DNA from: Longimicrobiales bacterium
Lineage (GTDB): Bacteria > Gemmatimonadota > Gemmatimonadetes > Longimicrobiales > Gaopeijiaceae
DNA length: 64,000 nucleotides
Assembly (NCBI GenBank): GCA_965219445.1
Contig: CBDCNQ010000005.1
Span: forward strand, 1,152,001 to 1,216,000
Direction of reading: 5' to 3'
This document shows, piece by piece, positions 30,718 to 41,489 of this stretch (its first letter is position 1; the number at the start of each line of letters is the position of its first letter). The notes below the pieces were generated by a model. That model was not told where the DNA came from, searched no databases, and saw nothing but the letters and a program-made list of their open reading frames with translations. A program made the position numbers and the translations under genes.

Positions 30718-33700
30718 ATGGCCGGATCGAACAAGAAGCTGCTCGCTGCGGTGGAGGCGTATTTCGCCGATCTCCGGCGCGTGCGCGCATCGGGCGGCGC
30801 GACGGGAGAGCGCTCGTACTATCCGGCGCTGGAGGGCTTGTTGCGCGCGGTCGGATCCACGCTCAAGCCCAAGGTGTTCTGCGTGCTGGAACTGGCGGAT
30901 CAGGGGGCCGGCCATCCCGACTTTGCCCTGTACACGGCGAGGCAGGTTCAGAAGGGCCGTCCGAGGCCGGGGCAGGTTCCCGAGCGTGGCGTCGTCGAGG
31001 TCAAGGGCGTTGGTGACGATGCTTGGTTGACGGAGAAATCCGATCAGGTGAGCCGCTATTGGGACCGTTACCGTCTGGTTATGGTGACGAATTTACGGAA
31101 CTTCGTCTTGGTGGGCGCGGACGGCGTGGGCGGCCCCGCTAGACTCGAAGCCTTCCCCTTGGCCGAGGATGCGGACGACTTCTGGCGCAAGGTGGAGAGG
31201 CCCCGCGCCTTCGCCGGGCAGGTCGGCGCGGGCCTCGGCGAGTATCTGGCCCGGGCGCTCTCGCACCGGGCCGCTCTGGCCGAGCCGAAGGACTTGGCGT
31301 GGCTGCTCGCTTCCTACGCACGCGACGGCTTGGCCCGTGTCGAGGCGGCGGGGAACGCGCCATCGCTCCTTACGGTCCGGTCGGCGCTGGAAGAAGCACT
31401 CGGGATTCGGTTCGAGGGCAGGCGCGGGGAACGCCTTTTCCGTTCGACGCTCATTCAAACGTTGTTCTACGGCGTCTTCTCCGCGTGGGTGCTGTGGTCA
31501 CGGCAGACGAGGAACAGCGATGGCCCGCTGTTCGAGGGCGGCTACAATCCGGCGCGGTTCCGGTGGCACGACGCGGGCTGGTACCTGCGTGCGCCCGTGC
31601 TGCGAGCTTTGTTTCATCAGTTGTCCGACCCGGGACGTTTGCAGTCGCTCGACCTGGTCGAGGTGCTGGACTGGACGGCTGCGGCACTCGACCGCGTGGA
31701 CCGGGCCGAGTTCTTCTCGCGGTTCAACGAGGGCGAGGCGGTGCCGTATTTCTACGAGCCGTTCCTCGAAGCCTTCGACCCCGCCCTCCGCAAGCAGTTG
31801 GGCGTCTGGTACACGCCGACGGAAGTGGTCCGCTATATGGTGGCCCGTGTGGACAAGGCGCTGAAGGACGATCTCGGCATTTCCGACGGACTCGCGGCGG
31901 AGAACGTCTATGTGCTGGACCCGTGCTGCGGCACGGGGGCCTATCTGGCGGAAGTGCTCCGACGCATCGCTCTCAATCTCCAAGGACAAGGACGCGGTGC
32001 GCTCGCGGGCGTGGCGGTGAGGAAGGCGGCAACCGAGCGGGTGTTCGGATTCGAGATCATGCCCGCGCCGTTCGTCGTCGCGCATTTGCAGGTCGGCCTG
32101 ACCATGCAGAACCTCGACGCGACGCTGGCGGACGACGGAACCGAGCGCGCGGGAGTATTCCTCACCAACGCGCTGACCGGATGGGAGCCGCACATGAACA
32201 AGCCGCTCCCCTTCCCGGAGCTTGAAGAGGAACGCGACCGGGCGGATCGGGTGAAGCAGGAGACACCGATTCTGGTGATCCTCGGGAACCCGCCCTACAA
32301 CGGCTTCGCGGGCATGGCGGTGGACGAGGAACGCGAGCTCTCGGAAGCCTATCGCACGACGAGGCGCGTGCGCCGGCCCGAAGGCCAGGGCCTGAACGAC
32401 CTCTACGTCCGCTTCTTCCGCATGGCGGAGCGGCGCATCGCGGAGAAGACCGGCCAGGGCGTGGTCTGCTTCATCTCCAACTATTCCTGGCTCGACGGGT
32501 TGTCCTTCACCGGGAGGCGGGAGCGCTTCCTCGAAGCGTTCGACGCGATCCGGATCGACTGCCTGAACGGCGACAAATACAAGACCGGCAAGGTCGCACC
32601 GGACGGTTCGCCCGACCCGAGCATCTTTTCCACCGAGGGAGATCCGGTGGGTATCCAGGTGGGCACGGCCATCTCGACGCTGGTGCGCAAGGGGGACCAC
32701 GAGCCCGCCAAGTCGGTTGCGTTCCGGCATCTCTGGGGACAGGCCAAGCCGGCAGAGTTGATCGCCACGGCCGAGGCGGAACCGGACGTCCTCTACTCTG
32801 AGATCGAACCTGTACTACCGCTGGGCCTTCCCTTCGTGGAGATGGCGGTGAGCGCCGACTGGTTCGACTGGCCCGCGTTGCCCGATCTGTTCCCGGCGTC
32901 GTTCCCCGGCGTCACGACCAGCCGCGACAAGTTCCTCGTTGATGTCGATCTCGACCGGCTGCGGACACGCGTCGCGGATTACTTCGACTCGAACCTGAGC
33001 CACGAGGAAATCACGCGGCGTTATCCGGGTGCCATGAAGACCACGGCACGGTTCCACGCCCGCGCGGTTCGCGACGCGTTGTTGAAACGCGGTGGTCCGG
33101 ATGAATCTGGATTCATCCGCTTCGCGTACCGACCATTCGACAACCGCTGGCTCTATTGGGAAAGCGACACGAAGCTGCTTGACGAGAAGAGGGCCGACTA
33201 CAGGCCGCATGTGTTCGAAGGAAACATGTGGATCGAAGCCCGTACACGCGACGCAAAGGAAGATTTTTCCCGTGGAACCTTAGTCAGTTATCTTGCTGGT
33301 GACTTCGGAAACGGAAGGTCACACTTCTTTCCTGCTTGGCTCCGCAATGATGGCGTCGGAACCGATGTTGAGGGACCACGCCGGGCAAATCTCTCCGTGA
33401 TGGTGCAACGCTATCTCGATCGTCTCGGCGTCGGTGTCGAGGATCTATTCCACCATGTTCTCGCCGTTCTCCACGATCCGGCTTACCGGGAGGCCAATGC
33501 CGGAGCACTCCGGATGGGATGGCCGCGCCTCCCGCTGCCCGGCTGGCCAGACGGCGAGGCTGAAGGAGCAGCTGAGGCGCTCGCCCGGTCGGCGACACAT
33601 GGGCGCGAGCTAGCCGCTCTACTCGATCCAGAAATGCCGGTGCCCGGCGTCACTCGAACCCCGCTGCGTCCCGCCGCCGCCGCTATCGCTGTTCCGTGTA

Positions 33701-34104
33701 CCGTCGGGGGACGCAACATGGCGGGCGCCGATTTCGTCGTCACCGTCGGCTGGGGGCACTACGGGTCGGGCGACGCTGTGATGCCCGGCCGAGGCCGCGC
33801 CGAGGAACGAGCCTACACACCGGAGGAAACTACGGCCATGTTGGACGCGTTGCCGGTTCTCGGCGACAAGACCTTCGATGTCTACCTCAACGGGGAGGCA
33901 TTCTGGCGCAACATCCCCGCCGCGGTCTGGGACTACAGGCTCGGTGGCTACCAGATCCTCAAGAAGTGGTTGTCATACCGGGAGCACAGGGTACTGAGCA
34001 GGAAACTTCGTGCCGAGGAAGTTCAGCACTTCACCGACACCGCACGGCGAATTGGCGCGCTACTGCTGGCGTCATCCGACGGACCCGAGAGGAGGCCGCA
34101 ATGA
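30718..34104 (+). CDS. Single-chain restriction-modification enzyme (type IIG / type ISP-like, no helicase)
   Basis: N-terminal PD..EVK nuclease, GVWYTP, LDPCCGTG, GNPPY N6-MTase, C-terminal YRPFD..W and GGYQILKKWL specificity region. Confidence 0.85.
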   Translation: MAGSNKKLLAAVEAYFADLRRVRASGGATGERSYYPALEGLLRAVGSTLKPKVFCVLELADQGAGHPDFALYTARQVQKGRPRPGQVPERGVVEVKGVGDDAWLTEKSDQVSRYWDRYRLVMVTNLRNFVLVGADGVGGPARLEAFPLAEDADDFWRKVERPRAFAGQVGAGLGEYLARALSHRAALAEPKDLAWLLASYARDGLARVEAAGNAPSLLTVRSALEEALGIRFEGRRGERLFRSTLIQTLFYGVFSAWVLWSRQTRNSDGPLFEGGYNPARFRWHDAGWYLRAPVLRALFHQLSDPGRLQSLDLVEVLDWTAAALDRVDRAEFFSRFNEGEAVPYFYEPFLEAFDPALRKQLGVWYTPTEVVRYMVARVDKALKDDLGISDGLAAENVYVLDPCCGTGAYLAEVLRRIALNLQGQGRGALAGVAVRKAATERVFGFEIMPAPFVVAHLQVGLTMQNLDATLADDGTERAGVFLTNALTGWEPHMNKPLPFPELEEERDRADRVKQETPILVILGNPPYNGFAGMAVDEERELSEAYRTTRRVRRPEGQGLNDLYVRFFRMAERRIAEKTGQGVVCFISNYSWLDGLSFTGRRERFLEAFDAIRIDCLNGDKYKTGKVAPDGSPDPSIFSTEGDPVGIQVGTAISTLVRKGDHEPAKSVAFRHLWGQAKPAELIATAEAEPDVLYSEIEPVLPLGLPFVEMAVSADWFDWPALPDLFPASFPGVTTSRDKFLVDVDLDRLRTRVADYFDSNLSHEEITRRYPGAMKTTARFHARAVRDALLKRGGPDESGFIRFAYRPFDNRWLYWESDTKLLDEKRADYRPHVFEGNMWIEARTRDAKEDFSRGTLVSYLAGDFGNGRSHFFPAWLRNDGVGTDVEGPRRANLSVMVQRYLDRLGVGVEDLFHHVLAVLHDPAYREANAGALRMGWPRLPLPGWPDGEAEGAAEALARSATHGRELAALLDPEMPVPGVTRTPLRPAAAAIAVPCTVGGRNMAGADFVVTVGWGHYGSGDAVMPGRGRAEERAYTPEETTAMLDALPVLGDKTFDVYLNGEAFWRNIPAAVWDYRLGGYQILKKWLSYREHRVLSRKLRAEEVQHFTDTARRIGALLLASSDGPERRPQ

Positions 34105-34313
34105 CCGAAAAGATCATCGACAGGAACCCCGACATCTTGGGCGGAACTCCCGTGTTCTCGGGGACCAGGGTTCCCGTGCGGATCCTGATGGAGCACCTCG
34201 AGGCCGGCGACCGGCTCGACGACTTTCTGGACGACTACCCCACGGTAACGAGGGAGCAGGCCGTCGGGCTGCTCGAACGGATGACGGCGCAACTTGTGGG
34301 CGATGCCCGGTGA
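34101..34313 (+). CDS. DUF433 antitoxin
   Basis: PDILGGTPVFSGTRVPV..FLDDYPTV. Confidence 0.88.
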   Translation: MTEKIIDRNPDILGGTPVFSGTRVPVRILMEHLEAGDRLDDFLDDYPTVTREQAVGLLERMTAQLVGDAR

Positions 34314-34636
34314 GGGTGTTGCTGGACGAATCCGTTCCAAGGCGGCTCGCGTCGGCGTTTCCCGAGTCGTTTGGAACGCGCACCGTGCAGCAGATGGGCT
34401 GGGCGGGGTGCACGAACGGAGAGTTACTGCGCCTCGCGGCGGACCACGGGTTCGATGTCCTCGTCACGGTGGACCAAGGTTTCGCGTATCAGCAGAACGT
34501 CCGGGATCTTCCGATCCCCGTCGTCATCATGATCGCGGCTCGCACCCGATTGCAGGAGTTGAGACCGCTTGTCGCGGAAGTGATCGTTGTCCTCTCGGGC
34601 GATCCCGGGCGCCGAATCCACCGTGTCGTGGCCTGA
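34310..34636 (+). CDS. DUF5615 PIN-like toxin
   Basis: VRVLLDESVP..GW.G..NGELL..LVTVD; GTGA overlap with DUF433. Confidence 0.85.
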   Translation: MRVLLDESVPRRLASAFPESFGTRTVQQMGWAGCTNGELLRLAADHGFDVLVTVDQGFAYQQNVRDLPIPVVIMIAARTRLQELRPLVAEVIVVLSGDPGRRIHRVVA

Positions 34637-34788
34637 GAGCCCTTGCCAAAGGGGGCGCGCACGCGTCGAGTCCGACAGGTCGGCGGCGTCGGGAGCGCAG
34701 CGCTGATGCCGAACCGACCGTCGGAGCGCGGGGCCTCCGAATCCGCTCCAGCGCTCGCGCAACTGGACGACTGGCTATCCCCTCCGTC

Positions 34789-35148
34789 CTATTCGCTCAG
34801 CGCCCCGGTGGACACCTGTGCGATGTGCTTCATTGCCTCGTTCAGCTTGCCGAGCCGCACGCGGTTCGCGTCTCCGGTGTCTCTGGCGTCTTGATGCGCG
34901 AGCCAACGGTTGTAGAGCAGATCCAGCACCCCGACAGGCACCACGTCGGTGACCATGCGGGGGTCTCCGTCCTCACCCGTCTCCGCCAAGTCGTTGGCCA
35001 CCAGCGAGAGCAGATGACACGCCAGCGTGACGACTTGCGACCTGTTGAGCGGTCCCAGCCCGGCAAGTACGAGGATCGAATCCCCCGCCAGTCCGTTGGC
35101 GACGGAAGCGGCCTCCGGAGTCAGGCGAACGTGTGTTGTCTTTGCCAT
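34789..35148 (-). CDS. Hypothetical protein
   Basis: GGAGG RBS, plausible composition; starts next to oriT copy 2. Confidence 0.5.
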   Translation of the reverse strand: MAKTTHVRLTPEAASVANGLAGDSILVLAGLGPLNRSQVVTLACHLLSLVANDLAETGEDGDPRMVTDVVPVGVLDLLYNRWLAHQDARDTGDANRVRLGKLNEAMKHIAQVSTGALSE

Positions 35149-35234
35149 GTTGGCCTCCATGCTGAGTATGTTACCACAAAACGGTACCACAGATAGCTAG
35201 CCAGGTCAACGCCGGAGGCCCCTGGAAGTCTCTT

Positions 35235-35348
35235 GGGGGGGATCGAAGGGGGGGCGTGAGCCCCCCTCGCCAGCCCCTGCCGGAGACATGCGAAGCGTGG
35301 CCACGAGGGGTATGCTGGCTTAGCCACCTTAGAGTGGCTCAAGCCAGC
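35235..35348 (+). promoter_or_regulatory. ColE1-like oriT, copy 2
   Basis: Inverted homologue of copy 1; contains GTATGCTGGCTTA (pBR322/ColE1 nic region is GTATACTGGCTTA). Confidence 0.7.
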
Positions 35349-35649
35349 CCTGCGGACGTCTCCGAAACGCTCCCGCGCGCCGCCCCGAACGGCGGGCACC
35401 GGGCCGTCGCGGGCAAGCTCCCCGGCGTCTCGGTCGCCAGCCTCACGGGCGACGAGGACGACGGACGACCCGTCACTCCTTGGCGATGGCCGGCACCGTC
35501 TGCCGCGCCGCGCTTTCCGCCCTGCCCCTACCCTTCGAAGACCGGCGATCGTCGATTCTGGGCGATCCTACGGCCCGTACGTTCCCCGAAACGCCTCCAG
35601 ACCGCCCGGAAATGGCCTCTGAGCCCATGGCGGGGGGCGAAGGGTGAGT

Positions 35650-36292
35650 TCAGGCCCCGGTACTTGCTCTCCGGCCCCCCAGATACTCCGCCCACTGCTC
35701 CATCAGGACGCGTCGGCGCTCGAACAGGTCCGAGCGGGCGTAGGCTGCCTCCACCTGGTTGCGGACCACGTGCGCCAGCGCCGCTTCCATGACCGCGTGC
35801 GGCGCGTCCGTCTGCTCCGCCGCCCAGTCGCGGAAGCTCGAACGGAACCCGTGCGGCACGGCCGCGATCCCCAACTCCCTGAACAGATCGCTGAAAGCCA
35901 AGGCCTGCAACTGCAACCCCCTTGCGGACGGGAACACCAACTCCGACCGGGCCGCGTGTGCGTTCGCCTCGGCCAGAATCTCCCGCGCCCTCCGCGACAG
36001 AGGCACCCGGTGCTCACGCCGGCTCTTCATCCGCTCCGGAGGGATCGTCCACACGCCGCCCTCCACGTGGATCTCCTCCCAGCGAGCCCCGCGCACCTCC
36101 CCGGACCGGCAGGCCGTCAGCGCCAGGAACTCGATGCCCAGCTTCACGGATGCTCCTGCCCCGGACCGGCGGATCGCGTCGATCGCACCGGCCACCTCCC
36201 CGTAGGGCAGCGCCCTGAGGTGCTTCTGAACGCGGCCGGGCTTCGGCAACGCCGCCCTGATCGCCTCGCCCGCCGGGTTGTCCACCCGGTAG
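35650..36292 (-). pseudogene. P4-like integrase, catalytic half only
   Basis: DNPAGE, LTACRSGE, HGFRSSFRDW, AYARSDL; N-terminus absent. Confidence 0.88.
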
Positions 36293-36459
36293 CCAGTCGG
36301 CCTGGTGGGGGAAGTCCATCGGCTCGCGGTACTTGAAAGAAGTTGTCGAGCCCACAATCCTCAGATGGCGAAACCATTGGGCAAGGAACCAACCGTAGCC
36401 CGAGTTCCCCCAATTGCAGTTCGCTGGCTCTCGACAAGTCACCTTGGCGCGAGCGTCGT

Positions 36460-36731
36460 CCCGATAAGCTCGCCGACTTGACGGTGACCCGGGCCGCCCA
36501 AGGGCTGGGCGGCACCCGGCAGGCGCTCTCGGAGCCGGTGAACGGGCGAACGAGGATCTCGGTCGAGATGGCGATCCGGCTGTCGAAGGCCTTCGGCTCG
36601 GCGCCCGAGACTTGGCTGGGGATGCAGATGGCCTACGATCTTCTGGCAGGCCCGCGACCGCGCCGAGGAGATCGCGGTGGAGCGCTTTGTGTCGGCGGGG
36701 AGCTCGAACCGTCACGAGACGATATGGCATG
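36460..36731 (+). pseudogene. HigA-family antitoxin remnant
   Basis: LTVTRAA..VNG..ISVEMAIRLSKAFGS.PETWLGMQMAYDL; no proper start, frameshift at ~36645. Confidence 0.75.
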
Positions 36732-36947
36732 AGGCATTCCGACGCCTCATGCGACGTCTTCGGCGCGGGAGCGGGCTGCGTCCGAGCCTCCGGATCTCTC
36801 CGTTTCTGCGTGTTGCTCCCGTAAACCCAGCGGGTAACGCGACTTACGACGTTCGGACACACCATGTGATACACGCAGCCCGTAGCGTGTAGCCAAGTCG
36901 TTGTCCCATCGGGACTTGCGAAGACTGATCCCTGCTTCCCGGTAAAG

Positions 36948-37388
36948 CTGCCCGTCGCGCTGGACGCCGAGCGCGCCGTCTTCGTCTACGCCGATCCCGG
37001 CCACGCGACCGCGACCGCGCTCCGGTCCTGGGGCGCCGCGCACCGCGAACTCTGGCTCGCGCTCCAGACACGGGGCCGGTGCGTCGAGTTAGTGGCAGTC
37101 GGTCGCACCACGCGGGAGCTTGAGCGGGCACGGCGAGTCATGCGCCACTGGGCCGAGCCCTCCGGTCCAGCCGAACTCGACCCCCAGGTTCGCAAGGAGC
37201 TCGCCCGGATCGAGGGGGCCATTCTCGCGGGCGCGGTCCCGATCCTGGAGAAGTACGGCGGTCTCCAGGCCGCCATGAAGCGCAGCGTGGCGCTGGAGAA
37301 ACAGGCCCGACGGCAGGCCGCCCGCGCCTCAATCCGCCGCGGCAGCACATGGCGGACCGCGCGCCTCGCCGGGGCTCGCTACCGATGA
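36948..37388 (+). pseudogene. 3' half of the gene interrupted at 28890
   Basis: 441 nt open frame; the rejoined ORF is 324 aa. Confidence 0.8.
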
Positions 37389-37855
37389 GCGGCGCGCGAC
37401 TTACGGCCGCACTGGAGTGCGCAAACGACGCGGGGGTACGATTCACACTTCGGCGCCCCGGCGATTCACACGGAGCTTCCCGCCTATCCGCTGGCGCGGC
37501 AGCGTCTTGCGCTTCCGCGGACAGGCCGGCCAGCGCTGTACGGGCGGCACCGTCCGAGGCGGTAGCGACCCCCCAGTCCGAGGGCCTGGTACGGGTTCGG
37601 ACGCAGGTGTGTTTTCACACCCCTGCCCCCGCCCGCCAAGGGGTCGCTACCGGCCAATTATCCCTACGCGGGAAGGCGGTTCAGCGCCGCTTCGAGGCGG
37701 CGGAGCACCAGTTCGCCGGCCCCCTGTCCGTCGGGCTATCGGACATCGCCGAGCAAGGCCGGGGCCGCGATGGGCGGGGCCGCAGCCCACGCCGCCAAGC
37801 CTGGGATGCGCCCGTCCTGGGCACCCAAAAGGCCTTCCCGCATGGGATACCGTGA

Positions 37856-37980
37856 CCGGAGCGGCATCGCCGCTCCGGCGACCGTGGTGCAACCGCAAAG
37901 CAGCCAGCGACATACGGAACCGCTGGCGCGCACATCGCAACGGCGGTTCCGTGCACATGCACCTCGATGTCGATGTGCAT
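37856..37980 (+). repeat. ~125 bp non-coding repeat (inverted homologue at 55081-55206)
   Basis: Hairpin CCGGAGCGGC-ATC-GCCGCTCCGG and dyad TGCACAT-N14-ATGTGCA. Confidence 0.8.
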
Positions 37981-38410
37981 GCGCGGTACGCCACCGACCC
38001 CCGGTGATCGGCGGTCAAGATCGGCCCCCCGAGCCGCTCTCGACACGTCTGCAAAACAACCTTCCCATCATAGCGCCGGACTCGTGAATCGGGAAGCGCC
38101 AGCGCGGCGGGTCATCGGCTCGGAGCGGCCTGAACGCCGGAAGGCCCGGCGCACGCGGAATCGCCCGTCTGGCGAAGATGCCTTTTCAGCGCGAAGTTTC
38201 AGGCGCGCAGATCGTGCAGTCCATCATCAACTGCCTCACCAGCTTCCAATACGATCCATGGCCGTCCGCAAGTAGTCCAGTAACATACTGTAGTACATTG
38301 TTTTATAGGCATTGCCGGTAATCTCCCCGTCCCTTGCGGTCTACCGCCATCCGGTGTATTCTTCCCCGTGTAGTGTTGCAATAAGTGATACACTCTCAGG
38401 GAAGGAACCC

Positions 38411-39583
38411 ATGATGAAACGACCCAGGACGCTCACCGCCGCCTTCGTGCGCACGGTCGGCAGGCCCGGCGTCTACGGCGACGGGCGTGGCGGGCGAGGA
38501 CTGAGCCTCCGGGTGCACCGGACGAAGACCGGCCGCATCAGCAGGACGTGGCGCCAGCGCCTTCGGATCGAGGGGCGGCTGACCTCGGTCGGGCTCGGGC
38601 CGTATCCCGAAATCACGCTCGCCGAGGCGCGCCGGAAGGCGCTGGACAACAGCCGGGCGGTCCGCCACGGCGGCGACCCGCGCGGGCGCGGCGTCCCCAC
38701 GTTCGCCGAGGCGGTCGAACGCACCATCGAGCTGCACCGCGACGGCTGGAAGGCCGGGAGCACGGTGGCCGAGCAATGGGCCGCGACGTTCCGCCTCCAC
38801 GCCGTGCCCCTGCTTGACAAGCCGGTGGACCGGATCACGAGCGCGGACGTGCTGGCGTGCCTCGCGCCGATCTGGACATCGAAGCCCGCCGCCGCCCGGA
38901 AGGCCAAGCGCCGGATCTCTGCGGTCTTGCGCTGGTGCATTGGGAAAAACCTCCGCCCGGACAACCCGGTGGACCGGGCGGTGGTGGCGCTTCCGAGGGC
39001 GAACGGCAACGCGCCGACCCATTATCGCGCGCTGCCGCACCGGGAGGTTGCGGCGGCGCTCCGGGCGATCCGCGGGGTCAGGTACATACATCCCTCGGCG
39101 GTGCTGTGCGTCGAGATGATCGCGTTGACGGCGGTGCGAGCCGGAGAGGCGCGCGGGGCGCGGTGGGACGAGATCGACCTGGAGGCGGGCGTGTGGTCGA
39201 TCCCGGCGTCGAGGATGAAGGCCGGGCGCGAGTTCTCCGTTCCGTTGAGCACGGGCGCACTCGGCGTGCTCGAACGGGCGCGGGCGCTGTCTCCCGACTC
39301 GTCGCTGGTGTTTTCGTCGAAGACCGGCGGCGTGTTGCCGAGGAACGCGCCGGGGCGTGTGCTTCGGCGAGCCGGTGTCGCTTCGACGGTTCACGGGTTC
39401 CGGTCGAGCGCGCGGTCGTGGATGGCCGAGACCGGCGTCCCGGCGGAGGTCGCGGAAGCCTGCCTCGCCCACGTCCCGAGAAGCCGGGTCGTTCAGGCGT
39501 ATCAGCGCTCCGACCTGCTGGACCGCCGCGCCGAGGTCATGCAGGCGTGGAGCGAGTACGTCACGCAGCGATATGCGGCGTGA
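38411..39583 (+). CDS. P4-like tyrosine integrase
   Basis: Paralogue of 29070-30254; LTAVRAGE, HGFRSS, LAH, AYQRSD. Confidence 0.93.
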   Translation: MMKRPRTLTAAFVRTVGRPGVYGDGRGGRGLSLRVHRTKTGRISRTWRQRLRIEGRLTSVGLGPYPEITLAEARRKALDNSRAVRHGGDPRGRGVPTFAEAVERTIELHRDGWKAGSTVAEQWAATFRLHAVPLLDKPVDRITSADVLACLAPIWTSKPAAARKAKRRISAVLRWCIGKNLRPDNPVDRAVVALPRANGNAPTHYRALPHREVAAALRAIRGVRYIHPSAVLCVEMIALTAVRAGEARGARWDEIDLEAGVWSIPASRMKAGREFSVPLSTGALGVLERARALSPDSSLVFSSKTGGVLPRNAPGRVLRRAGVASTVHGFRSSARSWMAETGVPAEVAEACLAHVPRSRVVQAYQRSDLLDRRAEVMQAWSEYVTQRYAA

Positions 39584-39689
39584 TTCTGAGTGCTCTGCCC
39601 CCCCTTGCGGCTCTAGGTGCGCCGCCCGCTCGCCACCGGGGGGCCTTGGCCGCTCCAGCACGCCACCGCGCGCACCCCGTCCGCGGGGC

Positions 39690-39941
39690 TCACTTCTTCC
39701 GCTCCTGGTCAAGGATGACCCGCTCGGCTTCTTCTCGCACGCGGTCCAGCGCCATCAATGCCTTTTTCCGCCGCATGTTGGCCGTCCAGCACGCCGACAC
39801 TCGCTTGACCGGCCAGCCCAACAGCATCCACGGGATTTGTAACCAGATCACCGCAGCCGCCGCCCCCTCCGCGCCCGTGGCCAGAAGCACCACCATGGCA
39901 ACCGGCCAGTACGCTAACCACCAACCTTCCCAAAAGCTCAT
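39690..39941 (-). CDS. Small hypothetical membrane protein
   Basis: GGAGG RBS, two hydrophobic stretches, charged tail. Confidence 0.4.
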   Translation of the reverse strand: MSFWEGWWLAYWPVAMVVLLATGAEGAAAAVIWLQIPWMLLGWPVKRVSACWTANMRRKKALMALDRVREEAERVILDQERKK

Positions 39942-40120
39942 GCGCCGCCCCCTCCGGGGCGGGTCCTTCCCCCCGCTCACGAACCGTACATTTAGGGGGA
40001 AGCTGTAGCCGCACCGGGAACAGCGGTAGAAGCGGGGGTCCACGGGTCTGTCTCTTCGTCGGAACTTATGCCCGCACCCCGCACATATTCCAGCACGCGC
40101 CATCCCGCACGTCCGGGGGA

Positions 40121-40579
40121 TCATTCCCGGACCCACTCAAAGACCATGCGGAACGACTCCTCCTCCGGGCACCGGATCACGGCAACCAACCGATACTGGT
40201 GCTGGCGTCCTAACCATTCCGCAAGCAGGGACCGGTCGCCACCGCCTTCCATCTCCCCCGCTATGGAGCACACTGCGCCCGCCTCACCCATTTGGTAGTT
40301 GAAGCCCCCTAGCTCCAACTCCAAGTACGGATTATCCCAAGACCCGGCGACGTGTAGGGGGAGCGCACTGGCGTCCCGCGTCATGGCCTCCTTCAAGGTC
40401 CCGGACAGGTCTCCAACCACCCGGCCATCCTCCTCCACAAGACGGAGCCACGTCCAATGTTCCGGCTCGCCGTGTTCCCACGTTCCGCTAACGGGGGGAA
40501 CGCCAACCACCCTCACGCCCATCAGCACCATGAACGCGAGCACTACCAGCGTCATGAGTACCGCCGTGAGGTTCTTCAT
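40121..40579 (-). CDS. Hypothetical exported protein
   Basis: GGAAGG RBS, MKNLTAVL signal/anchor, beta-rich body. Confidence 0.5.
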   Translation of the reverse strand: MKNLTAVLMTLVVLAFMVLMGVRVVGVPPVSGTWEHGEPEHWTWLRLVEEDGRVVGDLSGTLKEAMTRDASALPLHVAGSWDNPYLELELGGFNYQMGEAGAVCSIAGEMEGGGDRSLLAEWLGRQHQYRLVAVIRCPEEESFRMVFEWVRE

Positions 40580-40699
40580 CTGATCCCTTCCTTCCGTAGC
40601 GCGGCTACGGGTGCCGCTGGTGATCGTCTTGGAAGGAGTACTAGGACCCCGGCTGTCCCGCGTCAATCGTCCACGTACGGGACGGGGACGGAGGTGATC

Positions 40700-40768
40700 C
40701 CGACGCCAAGTCATGCCCAGGACTGGGCGGCGTATCTCGCGGGTGGGAGAGCAGGCACCGAGCCCTGA
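40700..40768 (+). pseudogene. 3' tip of another P4-like integrase
   Basis: RRQVM/QDWAAYLAG matches the C-terminus RREVMQAWAAYLAG of 29070-30254. Confidence 0.6.
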
Positions 40769-41043
40769 TTTGACCCCGCGACCGGGCTCGGAGGCCGTTT
40801 CCCGGCGGTCCACGCACATTCCGGGGTGGATACGGGCCGTAGGATCGCCCCAGATCGACGATCTCCGGTCTCCGAGGGGTACGGGTAGGGCGAAATGCGA
40901 CCGGGCGGCAGGAGCGCCGGGGTACGTCGGCGCGCCGTCCTAGAGTGCTGGCGGCCAAGAGGCCGGGGAGCTTGCTGGCGACGGCCCGGTGGACGCTGTT
41001 CCGGGCGCCGACCTGAGAGGCGGTTTCGGCGGCTCCGCCGACG

Positions 41044-41140
41044 GCTGGCTCACGCTCTTAAGGTACGTAAGCCAGCCTACGCGATGTAAAACATTCGCGC
41101 TCTGGCGAGGGGTGCTCCGCCCCCCTTCGATCCCCCCGGA
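41044..41140 (-). promoter_or_regulatory. ColE1-like oriT, copy 3
   Basis: GGGGATCGAAGGGGGGCGGAGCACCCCTCGCCAG...GTAGGCTGGCTTA. Confidence 0.65.
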
Positions 41141-41489
41141 AAATCCTCGCTCCGGCAGCGTTCGCGGTTAGGGAGTTTCGCCCGCCTCCGCCTGGCCGAC
41201 GTTTCCAGGCGCCCAGCCACCGGATGTTCTCCCGCCGACCACCTATCACCGCCGGTCGGGGCCGTCGATTTCCCGGGTGAGTCCTGCGTCGTGACCGGCG
41301 GGCGGCGTGGTCGGCGTTGCCACCGCTCCGGCGCCGGTCCCCCCGGCCTCCGGGACGGACTCCGCCCGTCCCTCCGCCGGGGTCGTGCCCCTTCCCAACC
41401 CAGCGAAGCCAGGTCGTCCGCGGCGTGACGCGGGGCCGAAAGAAGTCACACCCGGTCACCGGGCCATCTTGGTTGCTCTGACAGGCTAG

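Larger units (their letters stand above)
28878..36947. mobile_element. Integrative element 1 (~8.1 kb, P4-type integrase)
   Basis: Exact direct repeat CTTCCCGGTAAAG at 28878-28890 and 36935-36947; integrase 180 bp inside; ATGTGATACAC near both ends. Confidence 0.88.

Noticed and set aside
28953..39712. Long antisense or alternate-frame ORFs (e.g. 28953-29990, 31498-32730, 38396-39712)
   Set aside because: Shadows of clear genes in high-GC DNA; Arg/Pro/Gly-rich with no motifs.
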